In this document: in pieces, positions 1 to 8,445 of the stretch
Layout: every line of letters starts with the position of its first letter
How positions within the stretch are numbered: position 1 is the stretch's first letter
Source: Promethearchaeota archaeon
GTDB taxonomy: Archaea; Asgardarchaeota; Lokiarchaeia; Sigyniarchaeales; SOKP01
Length of the DNA: 27,913 nucleotides
NCBI GenBank assembly: GCA_048938025.1
Contig: JBHLMP010000018.1
Location: forward strand, 1-27,913
Reading direction: 5' to 3'
Program-made: the position numbers and the translations under genes
The notes under the pieces: generated by a model
Told to the model about the DNA's origin: nothing
The model's database searches: none
The model's input: only the letters and a program-made list of their open reading frames with translations

Positions 1-347
1 CCTAACTTAGATTTAATTGTTTCCACTTGATTTATAGTGCGTCGATCTTGCCAAACTAATGCATTATGAAGAGGATTACCCTCTTTATCAACAGGTACTA
101 CAGTTTCTCGTTGATTGGTAACAGATAGACTTACAATATCTGTTTTATCAATCCCACTCTTTTTTATGGCATTATCAATTGTTTTTTTGATTGAATCCCA
201 CCACACTTTAGCGTCCTGTTCAACATAAGATGGAGAAGGATAAAAGCTATTCCATTCTTGATAGTCACTAGCGATTATTGTACCAGCTAAATCAAAAATA
301 TAAGTTCTACACCCTGTTGTACCTAAATCCAATGCAGCGACAAACAT
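1..347 (-). CDS. FGGY-family carbohydrate kinase (glycerol kinase/xylulokinase-like), 5' part only; runs off the window edge
   Basis: Not in the ORF track. My translation from ATG at 347 gives MFVAALDLGTTGCRTYIFDLAG...YVEQDAKVWW...SVTNQRETVVPVDKEGNPLHNALVWQDRRT, containing the DxGTT, TNQRET and WQDRRT FGGY motifs. GGAG SD-like site lies just upstream. Confidence 0.9.
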   Translation of the reverse strand, partial: MFVAALDLGTTGCRTYIFDLAGTIIASDYQEWNSFYPSPSYVEQDAKVWWDSIKKTIDNAIKKSGIDKTDIVSLSVTNQRETVVPVDKEGNPLHNALVWQDRRTINQVETIKSKL

Positions 348-446
348 TTACTCCAAATCTCTTTAATTTAACTTTTTTTTAAAACTTAATTTATCAATAT
401 TATTATAAGCATAATTATTAGTATGTTCTTTTAATAAGTTTATGAT

Positions 447-1133
447 TTAACTTCTTTTATATCCACAACGAGGACAGATTAATTTACCAAAACCAATATT
501 ATAATCCTTTATCTCAGTTAGTACTTCATTACAAATTGGACATCTTGGTTTATAAGATGGAAACCAAGCCCCTTCAATATTAGGCATATTCTTTAACATC
601 TCTACATACTTTAAATTATCAATATAATTCTTGTCAACTTGAAAAAGTTGTTGTTCCTCTGCGATTGATTTACCTTTTGGTGCTAATATCACTAAAAATT
701 TAATATTTGAAGGATTATTCAAAAGAGAAAGAGTTTTTAATATTGCTCCTTCTTTATGTTCAGCGAATAATTTAGCAAGTTCGGGGGGAGCTAAAGCAAC
801 TAAAATCCCTTGAGAATCCTCTCTTTCAATTTTTTTCACTCTTTGAAATAAAAATTGAAACATACGATTTTGGTTATCAAAAGCCCAAATAAAAGTCCAG
901 TTAGAAATATCATAATCTTCATTATTTGGTCCAACAATTCTTCTTAGGCATTTAATCCATGAATAATGATTGTAAATATATACTTTTGAAAGGATGTCGT
1001 CAAAAAATTCCTGCTGAATAACTGGAAATGTTTTAAATATATTTTTTAGGGAAAATAATTTAACTTCACTTAATAAGTTTGAATTGCGTGTATCCCAAGG
1101 CGTTAAGGTAAAAACTGTGAAATAATTGCTCAT
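447..1133 (-). CDS. Hypothetical protein with C-terminal zinc ribbon
   Basis: 228-aa ORF ending in CPIC-x16-CPRC; the rest is unrecognised. Confidence 0.7.
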   Translation of the reverse strand: MSNYFTVFTLTPWDTRNSNLLSEVKLFSLKNIFKTFPVIQQEFFDDILSKVYIYNHYSWIKCLRRIVGPNNEDYDISNWTFIWAFDNQNRMFQFLFQRVKKIEREDSQGILVALAPPELAKLFAEHKEGAILKTLSLLNNPSNIKFLVILAPKGKSIAEEQQLFQVDKNYIDNLKYVEMLKNMPNIEGAWFPSYKPRCPICNEVLTEIKDYNIGFGKLICPRCGYKRS

Positions 1134-1258
1134 ATAATAATCATATAAAGTTCAAAAATAAAAAATTGACCTTATAATTAAAAAAAAGAATTATTAAATA
1201 GCAGTCTTAACATTTAATAAATTAATATTTTAAAAGTATTTTCTAGATTTTCTTTCTT

Positions 1259-2425
1259 ATGAATACAATTTGGGATACCAAATCCGATACTGTACAAAAA
1301 GGTGACAATCTAAGAGATGTTTCTCCATTAATGGATAAAACAATAATAGATGAAACTGGTTTCACGCATTATTTTTTCAGTAAAACTGTGTTTAATAATC
1401 CATGGTACATTATCCCAGATGATGATCTAGAATTATTTAAAAAATTTATAGAAGGGGGATCAAGAGCCTATCCATCAGATGGTAATGTTCCTTGTGATAT
1501 TGTTGCAAAAGAAGCAAGAATTCTTCTTAACAAAATTATTGATCTTTCTCAAGATTCTAATTCTCATCATTTTGAAGAGGCACGTAAAGCACTTGCAAAT
1601 GGCAAAAATTCGCTCGTTAGAGGTACATTAAAACTTTACTTAGGAAAGTATACGACAAGAGATTGGAGAAGAAAAAGATTTACTGATGATATTGATTTTT
1701 GGATTCGTCAAGTTCACATATTACATCACATTTTAAGAAGATCTGGATGGTTAAGGAATAATACTACAAGGGAATGGGAAAAAAAAATTGAATGGAGAAA
1801 TCTTTTAACGAACGAAGAGAGAAGTGCAATACTTATAGCTGCAAATGATTTAGATCAATTACTTGATTTTGGAGCTGGGAGTTATCTTGAGGGATCTAGT
1901 CTCAAAGAAATTTTCCAAAAAAAATTAAAAAGGGGACATAATGTTGATCTTAGTGATATAATTAATGTTATAATGGTGAATGGAGCAGATGGAAAATACA
2001 TTGGCGATGAAATAAGAGAACAAGAATGGCATAATGCTTGGAAGGCTTTTGAAGAAGCTGCAAATACAAGAAGTACCAGAATAACATCCAATTTAATCTC
2101 ATTATGTAGAGTGTCATTAGGAATTGCTGATCATTTAGAGAGAGTTAGCAGCACCATAAAAAAATATAATGATATAATTTTTGATAAAGTGAAATATCCA
2201 GATAAGGAATTAGATAGAATCTGTAGAACTTCCATACATTGGAATAATTATTTAAAAGATAACGGTCCTGACGCAACTAGGGAAATTCTTCATAGTTTTT
2301 ATCACAAGCAAGTTGGAGAGAAGTTAAACCATGCAAAAAATCTGAGAAATTTTGTTAAAAAATTGCTGGGTTTGCTTAATTCTAAATATCAACATTTAAA
2401 GATTATCTTCGATATTGAAAACTAA
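1259..2425 (+). CDS. Putative pol-beta-superfamily nucleotidyltransferase (AbiEii/DUF1814-like motifs)
   Basis: 388-aa ORF with RGTLKLYLG, RFTDDIDFW (RxTxDxD) and KKLKRGHNVDLSD (K..R..D..D). The family call rests on motif resemblance only. Confidence 0.55.
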   Translation: MNTIWDTKSDTVQKGDNLRDVSPLMDKTIIDETGFTHYFFSKTVFNNPWYIIPDDDLELFKKFIEGGSRAYPSDGNVPCDIVAKEARILLNKIIDLSQDSNSHHFEEARKALANGKNSLVRGTLKLYLGKYTTRDWRRKRFTDDIDFWIRQVHILHHILRRSGWLRNNTTREWEKKIEWRNLLTNEERSAILIAANDLDQLLDFGAGSYLEGSSLKEIFQKKLKRGHNVDLSDIINVIMVNGADGKYIGDEIREQEWHNAWKAFEEAANTRSTRITSNLISLCRVSLGIADHLERVSSTIKKYNDIIFDKVKYPDKELDRICRTSIHWNNYLKDNGPDATREILHSFYHKQVGEKLNHAKNLRNFVKKLLGLLNSKYQHLKIIFDIEN

Positions 2426-2475
2426 ATTTAGATTAGTTTTCAAAATTTTTGAACCTGATTTATGATATCAAAAAG

Positions 2476-2499
2476 TTCGTGAAAGATACATTTCACGAA
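2476..2499. promoter_or_regulatory. Perfect 9-bp inverted repeat (operator or terminator hairpin)
   Basis: TTCGTGAAA-gataca-TTTCACGAA in the gap between the NTase-like gene and the acyl-CoA dehydrogenase. Confidence 0.45.
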
Positions 2500-2583
2500 T
2501 ATTTTTAGATTTATTATTTTTCTAATAGAACTATTAAAACTTGATTCATAATTAATAAGTAATATTGAAAAAAGTGATGATAG

Positions 2584-3828
2584 ATGTATGATTATTTATT
2601 GAGTGAAGAAAATAAAAAATTTAGAGAAGAAGTCCGTAAGTTTGTTAAAAATGCTGTCCCTCCGTCATTAATAAAAAAAATGGATAGAGATGAGATAAGA
2701 TATCCTAGTGAATGGCTTAATGCTTTAGCTAAACAAAATTTAATAGGAATAAGGTTTCCTAAAGAATATGGTGGGCGTGGATTGAACTGGGAAAGTGAAA
2801 TCATAGCGCAAGAAGAAATAGGAGTATTAGGGAGTTCACTTGCATGTTTATTTTCCTTACCCAGTATATGCGGTGAAGCGTTGAATTTGTTTGGTACAGA
2901 GGAGCAGAAACAGAAATACCTTAAACCTATGTGTGAAGGAAAAAAATTTACTGCTGAAGCGCTAACTGAACCCAGAGGAGGTTCTGACTTTTTTGGAGCA
3001 ACATGTACAGCTAAAAAAGAGAGTGATTATTATATTTTAAACGGAGAAAAAAGGTTTGTTGTTGGGGCTGAGGGTGCTGATTTCTTTTTAGTTTATGCAA
3101 AAACAAATCTAGATCCAAATGCAGACCCTCGTACTGCTTTAAGTTTATTCATTGTAGATAGGACTGAGGTCATTACCACAGAATATCTTTATGGATTGTT
3201 AGGAACACGTGGAGGTGGTGCTGGGCGTATAAAGTTTAAGGATGTTGAGGTCCCTCATGAAAATATTATTTTAGGTGAGGGTATGGGTGGTAAAATTTTT
3301 TACCAAATGATGGTTCCTGAACGTTTAACTACAGCTTCTGGATTCATAGGACTTGCAAGAGCATGTCTCCAAATAGCAACAAAATATAGTACAAAAAGAA
3401 AAGCATTTGGTCAAATAATTAAGAATTTTGAGGGTGTTAGTTTTATGATCGCAGATAGTATTACACTTTTAGATGCTACTAGAGCAATTGTCTATAACAC
3501 TGCAAAAAGTATTGATCTAGGAGCTCCACCTGCCTTACAAAGAAGATTAGTCTCTGAATCAAAAAAGTTTTCAACAAAAGCAGGGTGGAAGGTTATAAAT
3601 AATGCAATGCAAGTAATGGGCGGTATTGGTTATACAACTGTGTATCCTATTGAAAGATTAATGCGAGATGCTCGAATCGGTGAACTCTGGACTGGAACTT
3701 CAGAGATAATGAATTTAATAATTCAACACGAGTACTATAAAGAAATTGTTAGTGAAAAATGGTTTGGACGTGATGTAGAACAAGATGCAATTGATAGTGA
3801 GGCGGAAGAAGAAAAGCATTATGGTTAA
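2584..3828 (+). CDS. Acyl-CoA dehydrogenase
   Basis: Motifs PKEYGG, ALTEPRGGSD, LNGEKRFV, RKAFGQ, QVMGGIGY, ERLMRDAR, GTSEI. Confidence 0.95.
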   Translation: MYDYLLSEENKKFREEVRKFVKNAVPPSLIKKMDRDEIRYPSEWLNALAKQNLIGIRFPKEYGGRGLNWESEIIAQEEIGVLGSSLACLFSLPSICGEALNLFGTEEQKQKYLKPMCEGKKFTAEALTEPRGGSDFFGATCTAKKESDYYILNGEKRFVVGAEGADFFLVYAKTNLDPNADPRTALSLFIVDRTEVITTEYLYGLLGTRGGGAGRIKFKDVEVPHENIILGEGMGGKIFYQMMVPERLTTASGFIGLARACLQIATKYSTKRKAFGQIIKNFEGVSFMIADSITLLDATRAIVYNTAKSIDLGAPPALQRRLVSESKKFSTKAGWKVINNAMQVMGGIGYTTVYPIERLMRDARIGELWTGTSEIMNLIIQHEYYKEIVSEKWFGRDVEQDAIDSEAEEEKHYG

Positions 3829-3869
3829 TAATTCTGTTTAATTTTATTTTTTTCCCCACATTAAACAAT

Positions 3870-4130
3870 TTATTCCAATGCCTGCACTTTTGAATAATCT
3901 ATAGTAATTGTATGTTTTGTCTCAATTATTTCTCCAATGATCAACACTTTTTTGTCTAGAAATTTATGCAATTCAGGATCTTTTTGCCATAAGTGAGTTT
4001 TTTTCCTAACAAGAATCTCCGACCATTTACTTTTGTAGTCATCCAACGGTTTAATGAAATATTCAGGTCCTTCCGATCGTGTCCCCTTTCCTTTTATTAT
4101 TGCGAAAAGAATTCCTCTAATTTCATTCAT
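3870..4130 (-). CDS. Small hypothetical protein, possibly OB-fold-like
   Basis: 86-aa ORF with protein-like composition, co-oriented downstream of pfk. Confidence 0.6.
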   Translation of the reverse strand: MNEIRGILFAIIKGKGTRSEGPEYFIKPLDDYKSKWSEILVRKKTHLWQKDPELHKFLDKKVLIIGEIIETKHTITIDYSKVQALE

Positions 4131-4220
4131 AGATTAAATCCGTATTAATAATTATTGTAATAGATTAAAAATCGCAGGTTTTGATGTTTATTAAATATAT
4201 ATAAAAATAAATGAAAATAA

Positions 4221-5406
4221 TTATTTTTGTTTTGATAAATATCTAATTTTTACAAGCAAATCTCTTAATTCCATTTTATCATTGTCAGGAGTAAGATATT
4301 TCTTTTTAACTCCCTCAGCAAGGGGTACTTTTTCTATTTTGTTTCGTTGGAGAGAAACCATATAACCAAATTCATTTTTTAAAACTAATTTCATTGCTGC
4401 TAAGCCAAATCGCAATCCAAGAATGCGATCGAAACAATTTGGAGTTCCAGCACGCATTGTATGACCAAGAACTACACTCCTGCATTCAAATTCTACTCCA
4501 TTTTTTTGAAATTCTTCTTTTAAATCATCTCTTAAATGTAATTCATCAACAATTATTTGAGACATACCTAATTTAGTTAATAATGGATTTCCAAATGTAT
4601 CTTTTGGTAATTTATCTATAGTTTCTTTCGAAATCGTTTTAAAATCTCTCTTTAATGATTGGAGATTCGGATATGCTCCTTCTGAAATTGCTATTATATG
4701 ATACTTATATCCCGCATCAGCTCTTTCTTTAAGAATTTCAACGATATCTTTCTCAAAATCAAAGGGAGTTTCTGGGATTAAAATGATATCCGCACCAGCA
4801 GAAATCCCACTATACATTGTAAGAAATCCAGCATCCCTTCCCATTATTTCAACAATAAATACTCTTTGGTGGGAATGTGCTGTAGTAGTCAGATTATCTA
4901 ATGTGTTAGATGCTAATTGTACAGCGCTCCAAAATCCAAATGTATAGTGTGTTCCAGCTAAATCGTTGTCAATCGTTTTTGGAACACCAACTACTTTCGC
5001 ATTAGCAAATTTATACATAGTATAAGCCACCCCAAGAGTATCATCCCCCCCAATAGCAATTAAAGCATCAATGCCAAGCCTTTCAAATTGTAACGCTAAT
5101 TCTTTAGCTTTCTCTTCTTTTGAACTAACATCTTTAAAGGGATTAGTTCTACTTGTATAGAGGATAGTCCCCCCTACAGTGTGTAAATCATCATGTTCTG
5201 CTATTTTAAGAGGGATAGTATCATTTTCCAAAAATCCTTTCCAACCTTTAAGGATTCCAATACATTCAATGCCAAGATCGTACGCTTTAAGCATTATTCC
5301 ATAGATAACTGAATTTAAACCAGGGCAGTATACGACAGTTAAGGAAAATCTTGAACATGACTCCGCCGCCCGTTAAAATTCCTACTTTTTTTATTTGATT
5401 ACCCAT
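4221..5406 (-). CDS. pfp: 6-phosphofructokinase of PfkA family, probably PPi-dependent; two exons, join(5406..5361, 5329..4221), 384 aa after removing a 31-nt insert
   Basis: Exon 1 encodes MGNQIKKVGILTGGG plus one G; exon 2 starts AC and continues CPGLNSVIYGIMLKA. Joining them restores GGGDCPGLN. The body has GGTILYTSR, GGDDT, PKTIDND, MGRDAG and LGHTMRAG. The track ORF starting at 5294 lacks the essential N-terminal motif. Confidence 0.9.
5330..5360 (-). other. Putative bulge-helix-bulge intron in the pfk mRNA (31 nt)
   Basis: Minus-strand insert TCATGTTCAAGATTTTCCTTAACTGTCGTAT splits the GAC codon. Central helix GCGG/UCGU, bulges AG|U and AU|A, inner stem CA-GUU-AAG/CUU-AAC-UG, outer stem GGGC/GCCC. 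Confidence 0.8.
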
Positions 5407-5460
5407 TTCATTTCACACATTTTAAAAAAAATGATGATAATTTTATATTTTATATTCTAA

Positions 5461-6021
5461 TTATATTTTCTCAATTTTCTTATAAGAATAATTTGATCTG
5501 TTTTTTGGAATTATATAACTTCCTCCTAAAGTATCAGTTATTATTAACGTGAATTTAAATTTGCCATCCATAGTTTTTTTTAAATTCACTAAAAGTTCGT
5601 CTATTTCGCTTTTCTCGGGATCATTTTTATCAAGATTATTTCTGTAAATTGAAACAGCATTTTCAAATCTATATAATATACCTTCTACATTTGTATAATA
5701 GAAATCAGCTCTTGGACCAGGTTCTACGACTAAATCCAATTCTGGAATCTCTAACTTTCCTGCTGGTGAGCGATAGATTTTAGATTTGAGATCTTCTTCA
5801 TTTGTGATTTTTAAAGTCATTATTCCTGGTTCCATATTAGTAGTTAAAGGAATTATATCATTTTTATGAAAATTACAAGTATTACATTCAAATTTTAATA
5901 TAAGCATTTTGTCTCCATCTGGAAGATTATAAATATTCTTAACAATTTCGATAATTCCCTGTTGACATGAAGGACATTTGAAAGAATAGATAATATTATT
6001 ATTTTCTTTCTCATCAGACAT
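5461..6021 (-). CDS. ZPR1-type zinc finger protein
   Basis: CPSC...CNTCNF zinc finger, LEIPEL...VEPGP, TNVEGIL, FTLIITDTLGGSYI. Confidence 0.9.
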   Translation of the reverse strand: MSDEKENNNIIYSFKCPSCQQGIIEIVKNIYNLPDGDKMLILKFECNTCNFHKNDIIPLTTNMEPGIMTLKITNEEDLKSKIYRSPAGKLEIPELDLVVEPGPRADFYYTNVEGILYRFENAVSIYRNNLDKNDPEKSEIDELLVNLKKTMDGKFKFTLIITDTLGGSYIIPKNRSNYSYKKIEKI

Positions 6022-6206
6022 ATTAAAAATTCCTAGTTTAATTTATAGTGAATTTAAATGATTTTTTTTCATTACCTATCAAAAATAATTTAAAATAATA
6101 CCTTTTTGAAAATAAATTAATTAATATAACAATTATTATTTTAAATTCTATATTATTGTTTCATATTGTAGATATATAAGTTAAATCAATAGAACTTTTA
6201 TTCATT

Positions 6207-6842
6207 GTGTCTTTATTGGATATATTGCACTCAATTGAAATAAATAAAAATCAGTTGAATAAATTGTCAAACAATGAAAAGATTATAGAAATATCAATGC
6301 ATTGTAGAGGTGGTCAAACTTGTATCACCGCAAGCCAATTATTAGCTGAAATGGCATTTGAGGAAGGTTTCAAGGATACAATCGCAATTCCAATAATAGG
6401 AGCTGAGCGAAGAGGGGCTCCAATACAAGCATTTACAAAAGTATCTAAGAGTAAATCTATTAAAACCTATGACAGTGTTGTAAATCCAGATTATATACTA
6501 ATTTTTGATACTTCATTATTAGAGATACCAAGGATAAAAGCTACTATAAAAGAAGGTGTAAATCTACTAATTAATAGTCCAGATCCCATAACTACAACCG
6601 GACTCCCCAATAATATAAAAATTTTTATCGTAGATGCCACAAGTATTTGCATTAAACGAGAATTCATGCATTCAAGCGGACCAATTCTGAATATTCCTAT
6701 GTTAGGGGCTTTTGGAAAGATTACGGGGTATTATAATCTTGAAACAATGGAAAAAGTAATTAAAAAGGAATTTGGAGAAAGGAGATTAGAGAAAAATATG
6801 AGCGTCGCTAAAGACGCTTATGAATCAGTAAGGGAAATGTAA
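6207..6842 (+). CDS. porC: Pyruvate/2-oxoacid:ferredoxin oxidoreductase gamma subunit (true start may be TTG at 6264)
   Basis: HCRGGQ, GAERRGAP, VDAT, NIPMLGA; first gene of a porCDAB operon. Confidence 0.9.
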   Translation: MSLLDILHSIEINKNQLNKLSNNEKIIEISMHCRGGQTCITASQLLAEMAFEEGFKDTIAIPIIGAERRGAPIQAFTKVSKSKSIKTYDSVVNPDYILIFDTSLLEIPRIKATIKEGVNLLINSPDPITTTGLPNNIKIFIVDATSICIKREFMHSSGPILNIPMLGAFGKITGYYNLETMEKVIKKEFGERRLEKNMSVAKDAYESVREM

Positions 6843-6844
6843 TT

Positions 6845-7192
6845 ATGTCAAAATCTAAAAAATGGAAGAAAATTAATAAACCAGTAAAAGAACGTCCTAA
6901 AGTTCAAGAATATAAAAATTGGAAAGAATTATCCCCTATTCCAGTTTCATTACCAATTGATGGAAATATTGGTATAACGGGTGATTGGAGAACATTTAGA
7001 CCAGTCATTAAAGAAGGATGTAATAAATGCGGAATTTGCTGGATGTATTGTCCAGAGGGTGTAATTAAAAGGAAAGAAGATGGTTCATTTGAAATTAATT
7101 TGGTTTATTGTAAAGGTTGTGGGATATGTGCTAAAGAATGTCCAACAAATAATATTGAAATGATAAGAGAGAGTGATTTAAAAGATGGTTGA
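6845..7192 (+). CDS. porD: 2-oxoacid:ferredoxin oxidoreductase delta subunit (2x[4Fe-4S])
   Basis: TGDWRTFRP, CNKCGICWMYCP, CKGCGICAKECP. Confidence 0.93.
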   Translation: MSKSKKWKKINKPVKERPKVQEYKNWKELSPIPVSLPIDGNIGITGDWRTFRPVIKEGCNKCGICWMYCPEGVIKRKEDGSFEINLVYCKGCGICAKECPTNNIEMIRESDLKDG

Positions 7193-8441
7193 AGTTCAAA
7201 AAGATTTTGAGCAAAAAAGAGAAACAATAATAATTAAAGGAAATGAAGCTGCTGCTTATGCCGCAAAATCAGCACGAGTTCAGGTGATTAGCGCTTATCC
7301 GATAACTCCACAAACAACAGTTGTTGAAAAATTATCCGAATTTGTGGATAATGGAGAAATGCCAGGTACTGAATATATAAAAGTAGAATCAGAACATAGT
7401 GTTTTTGCCGCTGTAGTAGGTGCAAGTAAGGCAGGGACTCGAACATTCACTGCCACATCGGGTCAAGGGATATTTTATGCTCATGAAATGATTCATTGGG
7501 CTGCAGGAGCTAGACTTCCGATTGTTGTTGCTATCGCTTCTCGAGGACCAGCACCCCCATGGAATATTTGGGCTGATTTTACCGATGTGTTAAGCCAACG
7601 TGATACAGGATGGATGAGCGCCCTTTGCGCGACACATCAAGAAATATATGATGAAATTTTAATGTCCTATAAAATCTGTGAAGATTATGATATTCTCTTA
7701 CCCAAATTTGTTGCTTATGGAGGATTTATTCTTTCACACACTTCAAAACCAGTTATTATCGAAGATCAAGATCTTGTAGATAGTTTTTTACCTCCATTAC
7801 CGAGTGAGGAAGGATGGCCGCACATCTGGATGGATCCAAAAAGACCCATGATGTTTGGAAATCTTATTATGCCCTCTGGATTTTATTTAGAATTTAGATT
7901 AAAAATTCACAATGCTTTTTTCAAAGCTAAAGAAAAAATTAAAAATGTCACCAAAGAATTTCAGAAAATATTTGGAAGAAATTACGGTAATGGTTTAATT
8001 CAAGAATATCACATGGATGATGCTAATATAGGAGTAATAATTTATGGGGATTTAGCCTTACAAATGGAACAAGCTATAGATGATTTACGAGATGAGGGTT
8101 ATAAAGTTGGAATGGTAAAATTACGACATTTTAGACCGTTTCCAACAGAAGATATTATTAAAGTTGCTAAAAAGGTGAAATTGATTGGAGTTATTGATAG
8201 AGCAACAGCTTTTGGTTCTCAAACTGGAGGTCCTGTGAGTTGTGAAGTTAAAACAGCTCTGCATGAAATTAAAGGAGCTGCGAGAGTATTACCAATCATT
8301 AATGGGTTGGGGGGAAGAGAAGTTACACTTGAACAACAAAAAGATCAATTGAAAAAATTAGTTAAATTCAATGAAACCGGAGAACTTCCAAAAGACATGA
8401 TTCATGGCACTCTCTGGGACGGATTATTGGAGGTTGAATAA
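7185..8441 (+). CDS. porA: 2-oxoacid:ferredoxin oxidoreductase alpha subunit
   Basis: GNEAAA, AYPITPQT, VESEHS, TATSGQG, RPFP, GLGGR. Confidence 0.93.
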   Translation: MVEVQKDFEQKRETIIIKGNEAAAYAAKSARVQVISAYPITPQTTVVEKLSEFVDNGEMPGTEYIKVESEHSVFAAVVGASKAGTRTFTATSGQGIFYAHEMIHWAAGARLPIVVAIASRGPAPPWNIWADFTDVLSQRDTGWMSALCATHQEIYDEILMSYKICEDYDILLPKFVAYGGFILSHTSKPVIIEDQDLVDSFLPPLPSEEGWPHIWMDPKRPMMFGNLIMPSGFYLEFRLKIHNAFFKAKEKIKNVTKEFQKIFGRNYGNGLIQEYHMDDANIGVIIYGDLALQMEQAIDDLRDEGYKVGMVKLRHFRPFPTEDIIKVAKKVKLIGVIDRATAFGSQTGGPVSCEVKTALHEIKGAARVLPIINGLGGREVTLEQQKDQLKKLVKFNETGELPKDMIHGTLWDGLLEVE

Positions 8442-8445
8442 AAGA

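Noticed and set aside
4221-5294. Track ORF start at Met 5294 for PFK
   Set aside because: It omits the first strand and the GGGDCPGLN motif, which are encoded upstream.
5330-5360. Alternative readings of the pfk insert: pseudogene, ribosomal frameshift, transposon footprint or spliceosomal intron
   Set aside because: The rest of the gene is intact. A frameshift would leave about 10 extra residues in the GGD loop. There is no target-site duplication and no GT...AG boundary. The BHB geometry matches the required junctions. An assembly artefact cannot be fully excluded without reads.
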